Notes under the pieces: generated by a model
Told to the model about the DNA's origin: nothing
The model's input: only the letters and a program-made list of their open reading frames with translations
The model's database searches: none
Part shown: one piece after another, positions 49,762 to 57,966 of the stretch
Position numbering within the stretch: the first letter of the stretch is position 1
How the letters are laid out: every line of letters starts with the position of its first letter
Origin: Candidatus Thalassarchaeum betae
GTDB taxonomy: Archaea > Thermoplasmatota > Poseidoniia > Poseidoniales > Thalassarchaeaceae
Length of the DNA: 64,000 nucleotides
Assembly: GCA_022447095.1 (NCBI GenBank)
Contig: JAKUUP010000002.1
Coordinates: forward strand, 16,841-80,840
Direction: 5' to 3'
Translations under genes and position numbers: made by a program

Positions 49762-51171
49762 ATGAGGGACAGCAGCGGATGGAGGCCTACGGCCTACCGC
49801 TCCCATACCATAGGGCAGGTGGTGTCCAACGGTGCGGACATGATTGGTTCCGAAGTGACTGTCGCGGGCTACGCCGAGACAGTGAGAGGACGCGGGGGAA
49901 TCTGCTTCCTGATGCTGCGAGACGGAACCGGTCACATACAGGCGTTCCTGAAAAGAGACAACTTGGACGATTCACTGTTCGACGCCATACAATCAGCGAC
50001 CCGCGAATCGACCATCCAAGTCACCGGGGCCGTTGCCCAGAAGCGCCCGCCTAAACTCGCCGAGGGCGAGCCGGCCCCTCCACCAGAGTACGAGATCAGT
50101 GTGACGGGCGCGAGAGTACTCGCCGATGCTGCAGCACCACTGCCAGTAGGTGTGACTGACGATGTCCATGTGGGACTCGATGTCAGATTGGACAACCGTC
50201 ACCTCGACCTGCGGCGAGCCCATGTGAACGCGATGTTCCAACTGCGAGGAAAGGTACTGCAGTACGGCCGCGACCACCTCATCTCCGAGGGATTCCAGGA
50301 AATCAACACCCCGAAGATCATCGCTGCTGCAGCTGAGGGCGGCACCAATCTGTTCCCGATGAAATACTTCGAGACCGATGCCTACCTCTCGCAGAGCCCG
50401 CAGTTGTACAAGCAGCTCGCTGTGCTCGGCGGGCTCGAAAGAGTGTTCGAGATCGGTCCGGCCTTCCGCGCCGAGAAGCACGACACCTATCGACACCTGA
50501 ACGAGTTCATCTCCTTCGATATCGAGGGCGCTTGGATGGATGACGAAGACGTGATGGGCGTTCAAGAGAGAATGATTCATCATATCTGGAGTCAAGTTGC
50601 AGCCAACGATCTAGACCTCATCGACGTGGTCAACGAATACCGAGCCAGTCAGGACCAAGAGCCTGTGACCGTCGATATCCCGAGTCTACCATTCCCTCGC
50701 ATACCCTATTGCGACGCCATCGAGATCGTCAAGGTCGGCGGTGGTGAGATAGAGTGGGGTGACGACATCGAGAGTCACCACTGCGATATCATTGCAGCTC
50801 AGTATCCCGGCTTCCACTTCATTCCACGCTGGCCGATGTCGATGAAGCCGTTCTACATCCACCACAAGGAGGATGAGGAGAGTGCGTCGGGCGGGCAACT
50901 CAGCCGGGGCTTCGACCTCAATTACGGGCGCGACGAGATGACGAGCGGCGGTCAGCGCGAGCACAGGGTGGACGTACTCGAGCAGAACCTGCGCAACATG
51001 GGCCTCGAGCCGGCCGACTTCACATTCTACACCGATGGATTCCGCTATGGTGCTCCTCCGCATGCCGGCTGGGGGCTTGGTGTGGCACGTCTGCTGATGG
51101 TCCTGACAGGGGCGGGCAACGTCCGAGAGGTCGTGCTGTTCCCGCGCGACAGAAGCAGGGTTACACCCTGA
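49762..51171 (+). CDS. aspS: Aspartate--tRNA ligase (archaeal type, probably non-discriminating)
   Basis: FLMLRDGTG OB domain, AEGGTNLF, QSPQLYKQ, FRAEKHDT.RHLNEF, SGGQREH, YGAPPHAGWGLG. Confidence 0.95.
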   Translation: MRDSSGWRPTAYRSHTIGQVVSNGADMIGSEVTVAGYAETVRGRGGICFLMLRDGTGHIQAFLKRDNLDDSLFDAIQSATRESTIQVTGAVAQKRPPKLAEGEPAPPPEYEISVTGARVLADAAAPLPVGVTDDVHVGLDVRLDNRHLDLRRAHVNAMFQLRGKVLQYGRDHLISEGFQEINTPKIIAAAAEGGTNLFPMKYFETDAYLSQSPQLYKQLAVLGGLERVFEIGPAFRAEKHDTYRHLNEFISFDIEGAWMDDEDVMGVQERMIHHIWSQVAANDLDLIDVVNEYRASQDQEPVTVDIPSLPFPRIPYCDAIEIVKVGGGEIEWGDDIESHHCDIIAAQYPGFHFIPRWPMSMKPFYIHHKEDEESASGGQLSRGFDLNYGRDEMTSGGQREHRVDVLEQNLRNMGLEPADFTFYTDGFRYGAPPHAGWGLGVARLLMVLTGAGNVREVVLFPRDRSRVTP

Positions 51172-51215
51172 CCGAAAATAACGGGTATCTAAGGCCCCTC
51201 CGCGAAACGGGGACA

Positions 51216-51938
51216 ATGGCCAAGCCGAGATTCGCCTATCTGCTCCTGAAGGAGCATCCGTATGGTCGCGAGATGCTACGGCAGATCCTCTCAGGGGGCT
51301 TTGTGCCGCAGATCATAATCGAAGAGGATTCGGCGATTGGAGACGAGGAGCGTGAGAAGTTCCTCAAACGCATCGAGGGGAATCCGATAGCGCCTCCAAT
51401 CGCTGAACAAGCCGCCGAAAACGGCATCCCGCTCGTCACCGTCCCAATCCACAGGTCACCCGAGGTGATGCCTCACCTCAATGGCATGGAACTCGATCTC
51501 ATCGTCTTCGGCGGGACCCGGATCATCCGTGGGGAGATTCTCGACTACCCCAAGGACGGGGTCATCAACGCACATCCGGGTTTTCTTCCCGACTGCAGGG
51601 GCTCAGCCTCACCGGCATGGTCTGTCTATCACGACATCAGGGTTGGCTCAACGTGCCACTTCTGCGACAACGGCATAGACACGGGTGAGATGCTACTGAG
51701 GCGCGAAGTGCCTGTGAAGCGGGGTATGACGTACGAAGATCTGTGCTACCAGACACTGGCCTTGGCTGGAGTCTTGATGAAGGAGGCATTGATGGCATAC
51801 GAGGACGGCCGATGGGATGAGATGCGTCGACCACAAGGTGAAAGCGAGTACCCTACCTTCCGCAATGCGTCGGATGAGGTGCTTGAGGTGGTTTACCAGA
51901 AACTGCGCGACCAAACGTACGCTCATTACGTGGATTAG
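51216..51938 (+). CDS. Formyltransferase family protein (N10-formyl-THF dependent, catalytic domain only)
   Basis: INAHPGFLP..RG, H..D.GIDTG: Asn-His-Asp triad intact; no Fmt C-terminal tRNA-binding domain. Confidence 0.85.
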   Translation: MAKPRFAYLLLKEHPYGREMLRQILSGGFVPQIIIEEDSAIGDEEREKFLKRIEGNPIAPPIAEQAAENGIPLVTVPIHRSPEVMPHLNGMELDLIVFGGTRIIRGEILDYPKDGVINAHPGFLPDCRGSASPAWSVYHDIRVGSTCHFCDNGIDTGEMLLRREVPVKRGMTYEDLCYQTLALAGVLMKEALMAYEDGRWDEMRRPQGESEYPTFRNASDEVLEVVYQKLRDQTYAHYVD

Positions 51939-51946
51939 GTGTGAAT

Positions 51947-52747
51947 ATGAACGATGAACTGCTCAATGACGGATTCCCGTTTGCCGAAGGCGTCCTAGAC
52001 GGAAAAACTGCGCTCGTTTGCGGTGCCTCAAAGGGCATCGGCCGCGCCTGCGCGCTGATGCTCGCTCGCGCGGGTGCCCGCGTAGTCGCGTGCGCCCGCT
52101 CTACGGCCGACCTCGACTCGCTGGTGACTGAGATGCACGGAGATGGGCATGAGGTCCTCGCATTGGATCTCGAAGACCTAGATGCGGTGCGCGAGGCCGT
52201 CTCAGGCATGGGTACCATACATATCCTGGTGAACAACTCAGGCGGTCCGCCCGGAGGTCCGCTGCTGGAAAACACGCTGGACGAGTTCGAAGGCCCGTTC
52301 CGCCGCCATCTGCACGCTGCTCACACAATCACTCAGGCACTTGTTCCTGAGATGGAAGTAGCCGGCACCGGGCGAATCGTGAACATCATCTCGACCTCGG
52401 TGCGCGAGCCGATCGACAACATCGGCCTTTCGAACACTCTACGCGGGGCGATGGCCTCGTGGGCCAAATCACTGTCTCGCGAGTTGCCCGCGTGCGTGAC
52501 CATCAACAACATCATGCCCGGCTTCACCGACACCGACCGGCTCGGCTCGCTGGCCGCCTCGATATCCGAGAGCACCGGCAAGCCGGTCGAGGATGTGCGC
52601 GACGAGTGGATGAGCGGCGTGCCCATCCAGCGGCTCATAGACCCGCTCGAGACTGCGGCTGCGGTCACATGGCTGTGCCTACCAAGTAGCAGCGCCGTCC
52701 GCGGCATCAGTCTAGCAGTCGACGGCGGGAGAATGCGTTCGATCTGA
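51947..52747 (+). CDS. Atypical SDR oxidoreductase
   Basis: CGASKGIG, NNSGGPP, STSV, SNTLR in place of YxxxK, PGFTDTDR, VDGG. Confidence 0.9.
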   Translation: MNDELLNDGFPFAEGVLDGKTALVCGASKGIGRACALMLARAGARVVACARSTADLDSLVTEMHGDGHEVLALDLEDLDAVREAVSGMGTIHILVNNSGGPPGGPLLENTLDEFEGPFRRHLHAAHTITQALVPEMEVAGTGRIVNIISTSVREPIDNIGLSNTLRGAMASWAKSLSRELPACVTINNIMPGFTDTDRLGSLAASISESTGKPVEDVRDEWMSGVPIQRLIDPLETAAAVTWLCLPSSSAVRGISLAVDGGRMRSI

Positions 52748-52753
52748 TTGGTG

Positions 52754-54001
52754 ATGCGCTTGCGCTTTGACATATTCTTCTCAATCTCTCAGACGCCGGA
52801 TACCTCCGGCTACACTCCCTCCGAGAGCGAGATGTTCACCGGCTTCTTCGACCAAGTGGAGCTCGCCGACGAGCTCGGCTTCGGAGTGGGCTGGGTCGCT
52901 CAGGCGCACCTCTCCACAGAGGTGCAGAAGCACAACAGCAGGCCCGTAGTGCCTCACTTCCCCGGTGAGGTGGGGCTTTGTACCGACTTCTTCCAAGTCG
53001 CAGGGCAGATGTTCGCCCGTACCGAGCGGATGGAAGTCGGTAGCGCGGTGATGTCGATCCTCGGCTCGGGGGGGCCGATCGCACAAGCCGAGCGTGTGGG
53101 TTCGTTTCTCGCCTTGCACGGCCTCGACCCGGATGAGTCCCGCCGCCTGCACGTCGGTTTCTCAGCCGGTCGCTTCGAGTTCATGGCCCGCCCCTATGGC
53201 GTCGTCCCGCGCGACGCGGTAGAAGTGGCCGCTTGGCCGGCCCTGCGCGGCCAGGTCTTCGCCGAAGCCTCGGAGATTTTCCTCCGACTACTGAACGGCG
53301 AGGTGGTATCGTCGGACATGATCCGACCCACAGTACTGACTAGGGCCAACTTCCGATCTGACGAGGACTGGAGGATGGTGCAGCAGGCCGCCGTCGAATT
53401 CCGAGGGCTAGATGGAGAGCCGGACGAGGTGACCATCGAGAGTCGTTACGAGTTTGAAGATATCAAGACGATACCCCAAGAGTGGAGGAGGGAACTGCTC
53501 AACCTGGTGCTCGGCAGCCACGACCCTGGACTGCAGGCCGATGTGAACAAACTCAGGCCGGTGCAGGTGTTCAACCTCAGCATAACCCCGCCTCACATCA
53601 TCGAGGAGACACACGACAGGTTCAGAGAGCACTACCACCCTGACGGCGGCCCATGGGAGCGAAGCATGATGCCACGCACCATCATGGTCTTCGTCAACGA
53701 TGAGAGTGGACTCACGCCAGAAGAGCAGAACGCTGCGGCGATGGATGAGGCGAAAGCCGCGCTTTCGACCTACTGGAGCGCTCTGGAGGGTACCATCGAC
53801 CCGGCGAAGGTCGAGCGGGCGACTGACAATGCAGTGATAGGAAATGTCGAGCGCGTGAGCGAGCAGATTCTCGAAAGATTCCATCCCGATGACCGCCTGA
53901 TGTGCTGGTTCGACTTCTTCAACCACGACAGCGAACGCGTCAAGAGGAACATGACGGCATTCATGACCAAGGTCGCACCGCGCGTCAACGGAGGTGTGTG
54001 A
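52754..54001 (+). CDS. Luciferase-like (LLM) flavin-dependent oxidoreductase, divergent
   Basis: ADELGF...WVAQAH, T.R.EVGSAV, P...AE, L.VGF..G; TIM-barrel length. Confidence 0.8.
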   Translation: MRLRFDIFFSISQTPDTSGYTPSESEMFTGFFDQVELADELGFGVGWVAQAHLSTEVQKHNSRPVVPHFPGEVGLCTDFFQVAGQMFARTERMEVGSAVMSILGSGGPIAQAERVGSFLALHGLDPDESRRLHVGFSAGRFEFMARPYGVVPRDAVEVAAWPALRGQVFAEASEIFLRLLNGEVVSSDMIRPTVLTRANFRSDEDWRMVQQAAVEFRGLDGEPDEVTIESRYEFEDIKTIPQEWRRELLNLVLGSHDPGLQADVNKLRPVQVFNLSITPPHIIEETHDRFREHYHPDGGPWERSMMPRTIMVFVNDESGLTPEEQNAAAMDEAKAALSTYWSALEGTIDPAKVERATDNAVIGNVERVSEQILERFHPDDRLMCWFDFFNHDSERVKRNMTAFMTKVAPRVNGGV

Positions 54002-54002
54002 T

Positions 54003-55187
54003 ATGAGCGAGGGAGAAAGTGGTCGACCATCGAGCGTGGCACCCGGCAGACCGGGTTCCGCCGTCTACCCGACGAATCCGCTCGGTGAGCAGCACGACGG
54101 CATCGCCACCGGGCGCGACGTAGAGTGGGAGCCGCTGGTCGACTTCCGTCGCATGGACGTCTCCGAGAACACCATCCACGGTGCAATCGCCTGGGCTCAC
54201 GGCACAGAGATCGTTCACTCCTTTGGGGGCAACGTGCTGGTCTACGGACGCTCGATGATGAAGCCGCTGATGATGAAGACCTTCCAAGAGGCGCTGACTG
54301 CCGAGGGTCTGAACTGGGAGCAGAAGGCAATCGCCTGCTCCTCGCATAACGGAGACACCGAGCACGTGGCGGCCGCCCAGTCTCTTCTCTCCGAGTCCGA
54401 GTGGGGGCTGATGCAGTGCCCCCTCGATGTCCCTCTCATCCAGTTCGGCCGTCAGGTTAGGCGCCCCCGCCGCTGGTTCCACACCTGTTCGGGAGAACAT
54501 GCTGCGATGCTCAAGGCTCTGCGCAGGATGGGAATCAACCGCGCCGGCTACACCCTTCCCAGCGCGTCTTGGTTCCCGATGTACCTCGATGTGCTCCGCC
54601 GCATCATGGACAAGCCCGAATGGGAGCCACAGAGAGTCGCCAAGGACGGTTGTGGCTTGCCAACGGTCTCCAACACCGTGGACGAACTCGCAGTGATGTT
54701 CGCTGGTCTCGTCCGAGAGAAGGACGAGGACTGGATTTGGGAATCAATGAACCGTCATCCTGACCTCGTTGGTGGGTTCAACCGCCTCGACTCGACCTGC
54801 CTGAAGGCCGGCCAGGGGGAGTTGCTCGCAAAGGAAGGCGCGGACGGGCTGCTCGGACTCTCTATCATACACCCAGACTGGCCGAAAGGGCTCGGAATAG
54901 TCATCAAGATCGCACACGGCTGGAACAGTCAGGCGACATGGTACGTAGCCCGAGCGGTCCTAGGAGTACTGGGGATTCGCCTCCGCAATCCCTACCCTCT
55001 CCATCGACAGAAGGCGTTCATCGTGCCGGGGATAGTGCCGCCGCAGTACCTCAAGGAACTCGAGAGTGTCGTCACATGGGACGAATGGGACCCAGACAGG
55101 GACCGTTTCACCTTGGACTGGAAGGAGTACACTGCAGCGATGACCCGTTCAGACCCGTTCGCCAACGAGAGCGCGGAGGGTTCCTGA
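54003..55187 (+). CDS. Class 3 (Rhizobium AnsA-type) asparaginase-like amidohydrolase
   Basis: RSMMKP, CSSHNG, HTCSGEH (canonical HNCSGKH), DGCGLP, AKEGADG. Confidence 0.82.
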   Translation: MSEGESGRPSSVAPGRPGSAVYPTNPLGEQHDGIATGRDVEWEPLVDFRRMDVSENTIHGAIAWAHGTEIVHSFGGNVLVYGRSMMKPLMMKTFQEALTAEGLNWEQKAIACSSHNGDTEHVAAAQSLLSESEWGLMQCPLDVPLIQFGRQVRRPRRWFHTCSGEHAAMLKALRRMGINRAGYTLPSASWFPMYLDVLRRIMDKPEWEPQRVAKDGCGLPTVSNTVDELAVMFAGLVREKDEDWIWESMNRHPDLVGGFNRLDSTCLKAGQGELLAKEGADGLLGLSIIHPDWPKGLGIVIKIAHGWNSQATWYVARAVLGVLGIRLRNPYPLHRQKAFIVPGIVPPQYLKELESVVTWDEWDPDRDRFTLDWKEYTAAMTRSDPFANESAEGS

Positions 55188-56627
55188 ATGGATGATCTGC
55201 ACAACTACATCGGCGGTCAGTTCCTAACTCACTCCGGAGGGCAGTGGATGAACAACACTGAGCCTGCCACAGGCTCGCACATCTGCCGCATCCCACTCTC
55301 TGATGCGTCCGATGTCGATGCCGCTGTCGATGCCGCGAGGTCAGCCCAGCCCGCTTGGGCTGCGCTGAGCCACTCAGAGCGCGCCGGCTGGTTAGATCGC
55401 ATCGCTGATGCTCTCGAAGCGCGCTACGAGGATATCGCTGTGTTGGAGAGTCGAGATACCGGTAAGCCAATCTCACTCGCCCGAGCAGTGGACGCCCACC
55501 GTTCGGTGTCAAACTTTCGCTTCTTCGCCGGGATTCTGCGCGAGCACGAGGAGGAGGTCTTCGAGATGACGAGCGCGACCAACTACGTGGTCAACAAGCC
55601 AGTAGGCGTTGGTGCGCTGATCACCCCGTGGAACCTGCCGCTCTATTTGCTCTCGTGGAAGGTAGCTCCCGCCATCGGCATGGGCAACACCGTGGTGTGC
55701 AAACCCAGCGAGTTGACTCCGCTGACCGCTGACCTGATGATGCGGGTCATCGACGAGGTTGGCCTGCCTGCTGGCGTGGTCAACCTAGTCCACGGTGAAG
55801 GGGCAGGGGCTGGCGCGCCTCTGGTCTCCCACTCCGGCGTAGACCTGGTCTCCTTCACAGGCGGCACGTCGACTGGCGAGAAAGTGGCGGCATCGGCTGC
55901 TCCCGCGTTCAAGAAACTCAGCCTAGAGCTCGGCGGTAAGAACGCAAGCATAGTGTTCGCAGACTGCGATATGGACTCGACTGTAGCCGGAGTTGTGCGA
56001 GCTGGCTTCCTCAATCAGGGTCAGGTCTGCCTGTGTGGCTCGAGGGTGCTAATCGAGGATTCCGCTTACGCAGAGTTCCGAGACCGCTTCGTGGATGCCG
56101 TAGAGGCAATGCGTATCGGCGACCCTTCTGAAGAGTCGACTGATCTCGGCGCGCTCATCTCAGAGGAGCATCTCGCGAAGGTGCAGGGTTACGTCGAACT
56201 GGCCAAGCAAGAGGGTGGAGTCCTCTTGACCGGTGGCACGCCCTGTCTACCATCCGGCTTCGAGGGTGGCAACTGGATGGCGCCCACGGTCATCGAGGGC
56301 CTTAGCCCCGACTCGAGGTGCTCGACTGAGGAGATATTCGGGCCTGTCGTCACACTCCACCCGTTCGGCAGCGAGGACGAGGCTGTGGCGATAGCCAACA
56401 ACACTCGCTACGGGCTGGCCGGCAGCGTCTGGACTAGTGACCTCGACAAGGGCAGGAGGGTCTCCGAGGCTATCGACACGGGGATGGTATGGGTCAACAC
56501 CTGGCTCCACAGGGACTTGCGCGTCCCGTTCGGAGGCGTCAAGGACAGCGGAGTGGGACGTGAGGGTGGCAAGTGGAGTCTGGGCTTCTTCTCAGAGGCC
56601 ATGAACGTCTGTGTCAAGCACGACTGA
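55188..56627 (+). CDS. Aldehyde dehydrogenase, ALDH8 / 2-aminomuconate-semialdehyde dehydrogenase-like
   Basis: RSVSNFRFFA, PWNLPLYLLSWKVAPA, LSLELGGKN, NQGQVCLCGSR, WLHRDLRVPFGGVK.SGVGREGG. Confidence 0.88.
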   Translation: MDDLHNYIGGQFLTHSGGQWMNNTEPATGSHICRIPLSDASDVDAAVDAARSAQPAWAALSHSERAGWLDRIADALEARYEDIAVLESRDTGKPISLARAVDAHRSVSNFRFFAGILREHEEEVFEMTSATNYVVNKPVGVGALITPWNLPLYLLSWKVAPAIGMGNTVVCKPSELTPLTADLMMRVIDEVGLPAGVVNLVHGEGAGAGAPLVSHSGVDLVSFTGGTSTGEKVAASAAPAFKKLSLELGGKNASIVFADCDMDSTVAGVVRAGFLNQGQVCLCGSRVLIEDSAYAEFRDRFVDAVEAMRIGDPSEESTDLGALISEEHLAKVQGYVELAKQEGGVLLTGGTPCLPSGFEGGNWMAPTVIEGLSPDSRCSTEEIFGPVVTLHPFGSEDEAVAIANNTRYGLAGSVWTSDLDKGRRVSEAIDTGMVWVNTWLHRDLRVPFGGVKDSGVGREGGKWSLGFFSEAMNVCVKHD

Positions 56628-56670
56628 TGCAGCAAGAGTGAAAGTCCGCTCTTGGGCGATGCGGGACAAT

Positions 56671-57651
56671 ATGGCGCCTGTGGGTATCGTCGGATTGGGT
56701 GCATACGTTCCACCCGATGTCATGACCAACGACGACTGGGCCGAGATAGTTGACACCAGTGATGAGTGGATAACCACCAAGACCGGTATCAAGGAGCGCA
56801 GGATCGCCGCGGAAGACGTTTGCACCAGCGACCTTGCCGTCATCGCCTGCAAGCAGGCCATGGACGAGGCCGGCATTGGCCCCGAGGATGTAGACATGCT
56901 CATCCTCGCCACCTCCTCTCCCGACGTCCCTCTCTCTTCGACAGCAGGCATCACCCAACACAAGCTCGGTTGCACCAATGCGGCCGCCTTCGACATCAAC
57001 GCGGTGTGTGCGGGCTGGGTGCAGGCACTCGATGTAGGAGCACGTTTCGCCGGCACCCCCGGATACGACAACGTGCTGGTCGTGGGTGCTGAGGTCTACA
57101 GCAGAATTCTCAACTGGGAGGACCGCACGACGTGCGTCCTCTTCGGCGACGGTGCCGGGGCAGCGGTCCTGCAGGAAGTAGGCGAAGACAGGGGTCTACT
57201 TGGAAGCTGGATGATGTCCGACGGCGGCGGAGCTGAGGTCATCGTGATCCCGGCGGGCGGAGTCAAGAAGCCGATTCCGTCCCCGGGCTTCGAGGACGGA
57301 GACCAGTACTTCCACATGGACGGGCCTGCTGTGTGGGACTTCGCCACCGAGGCTTTTCCGCAGGCGGTTCGGGGCGTTCTTGAGCGGACCGGTCACTCAC
57401 TGGGCGACGTCTCTCTGATTATCGCCCATCAGGCGAATCTTAACATCATCAAAGCGGGTATGGAGAATCTCGGGCTGCCGATGGACAAGACGTTCACGAA
57501 CCTGCACAAGTACGGCAACACTGCCGGCGCCAGTGTGCCCATCGCTCTGCGCGAGGCGCGCGATGAGGGGCTGATAGGATCAGGCGACCTTGTGGTCACC
57601 GTGGCCTTCGGCGGCGGCCTTGCATGGGGTGCAAACGCAATCATCTGGTGA
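56671..57651 (+). CDS. fabH: Beta-ketoacyl-ACP synthase III (bacterial type)
   Basis: DTSDEWI...TGIKERR, AVCAGW (Cys), LFGDGAGA, HQAN (His), GNTAGAS (Asn), FGGGLAWG; start 56659 or 56671. Confidence 0.9.
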   Translation: MAPVGIVGLGAYVPPDVMTNDDWAEIVDTSDEWITTKTGIKERRIAAEDVCTSDLAVIACKQAMDEAGIGPEDVDMLILATSSPDVPLSSTAGITQHKLGCTNAAAFDINAVCAGWVQALDVGARFAGTPGYDNVLVVGAEVYSRILNWEDRTTCVLFGDGAGAAVLQEVGEDRGLLGSWMMSDGGGAEVIVIPAGGVKKPIPSPGFEDGDQYFHMDGPAVWDFATEAFPQAVRGVLERTGHSLGDVSLIIAHQANLNIIKAGMENLGLPMDKTFTNLHKYGNTAGASVPIALREARDEGLIGSGDLVVTVAFGGGLAWGANAIIW

Positions 57652-57734
57652 GGGGAACAGCATCCACTAGGATGCCCGCTCCCTAAACCACGGAAGGTAT
57701 AGATGAAGTAGTATGAGTGTGGCGCAGTGAAAAT

Positions 57735-57926
57735 ATGCCTCAGGGTACAGTAAAGTGGTTTAACAGAGTAAAAGGATTCGGATTCATAGAACAGGAAGAC
57801 GGTGAGGACCTCTTCGTTCACAAGACTGCGGTCGAGGGGACGATTGCAGATGGCGACACTGTCGAGTTCGAAGTCGGCGAGGGGCCGAAGGGACCCAATG
57901 CCACCGATGTCCGTAAAGTAGAGTGA
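57735..57926 (+). CDS. cspA: Cold-shock domain protein
   Basis: GTVKWFN..KGFGFI (RNP1), DLFVH (RNP2), GPKGPNA. Confidence 0.95.
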   Translation: MPQGTVKWFNRVKGFGFIEQEDGEDLFVHKTAVEGTIADGDTVEFEVGEGPKGPNATDVRKVE

Positions 57927-57944
57927 TTCGCTGACTAAGTGACT

Positions 57945-57960
57945 CAGCGGGTGACCGCTG
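57945..57960. terminator. Short hairpin between convergent genes
   Basis: CAGCGG-GTGA-CCGCTG perfect 6-bp stem; no U-tract. Confidence 0.35.
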
Positions 57961-57966
57961 GTTCTA

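Noticed and set aside
51216-51938. Methionyl-tRNA formyltransferase (fmt)
   Set aside because: It lacks the C-terminal tRNA-binding domain and the N-terminal F.GT motif
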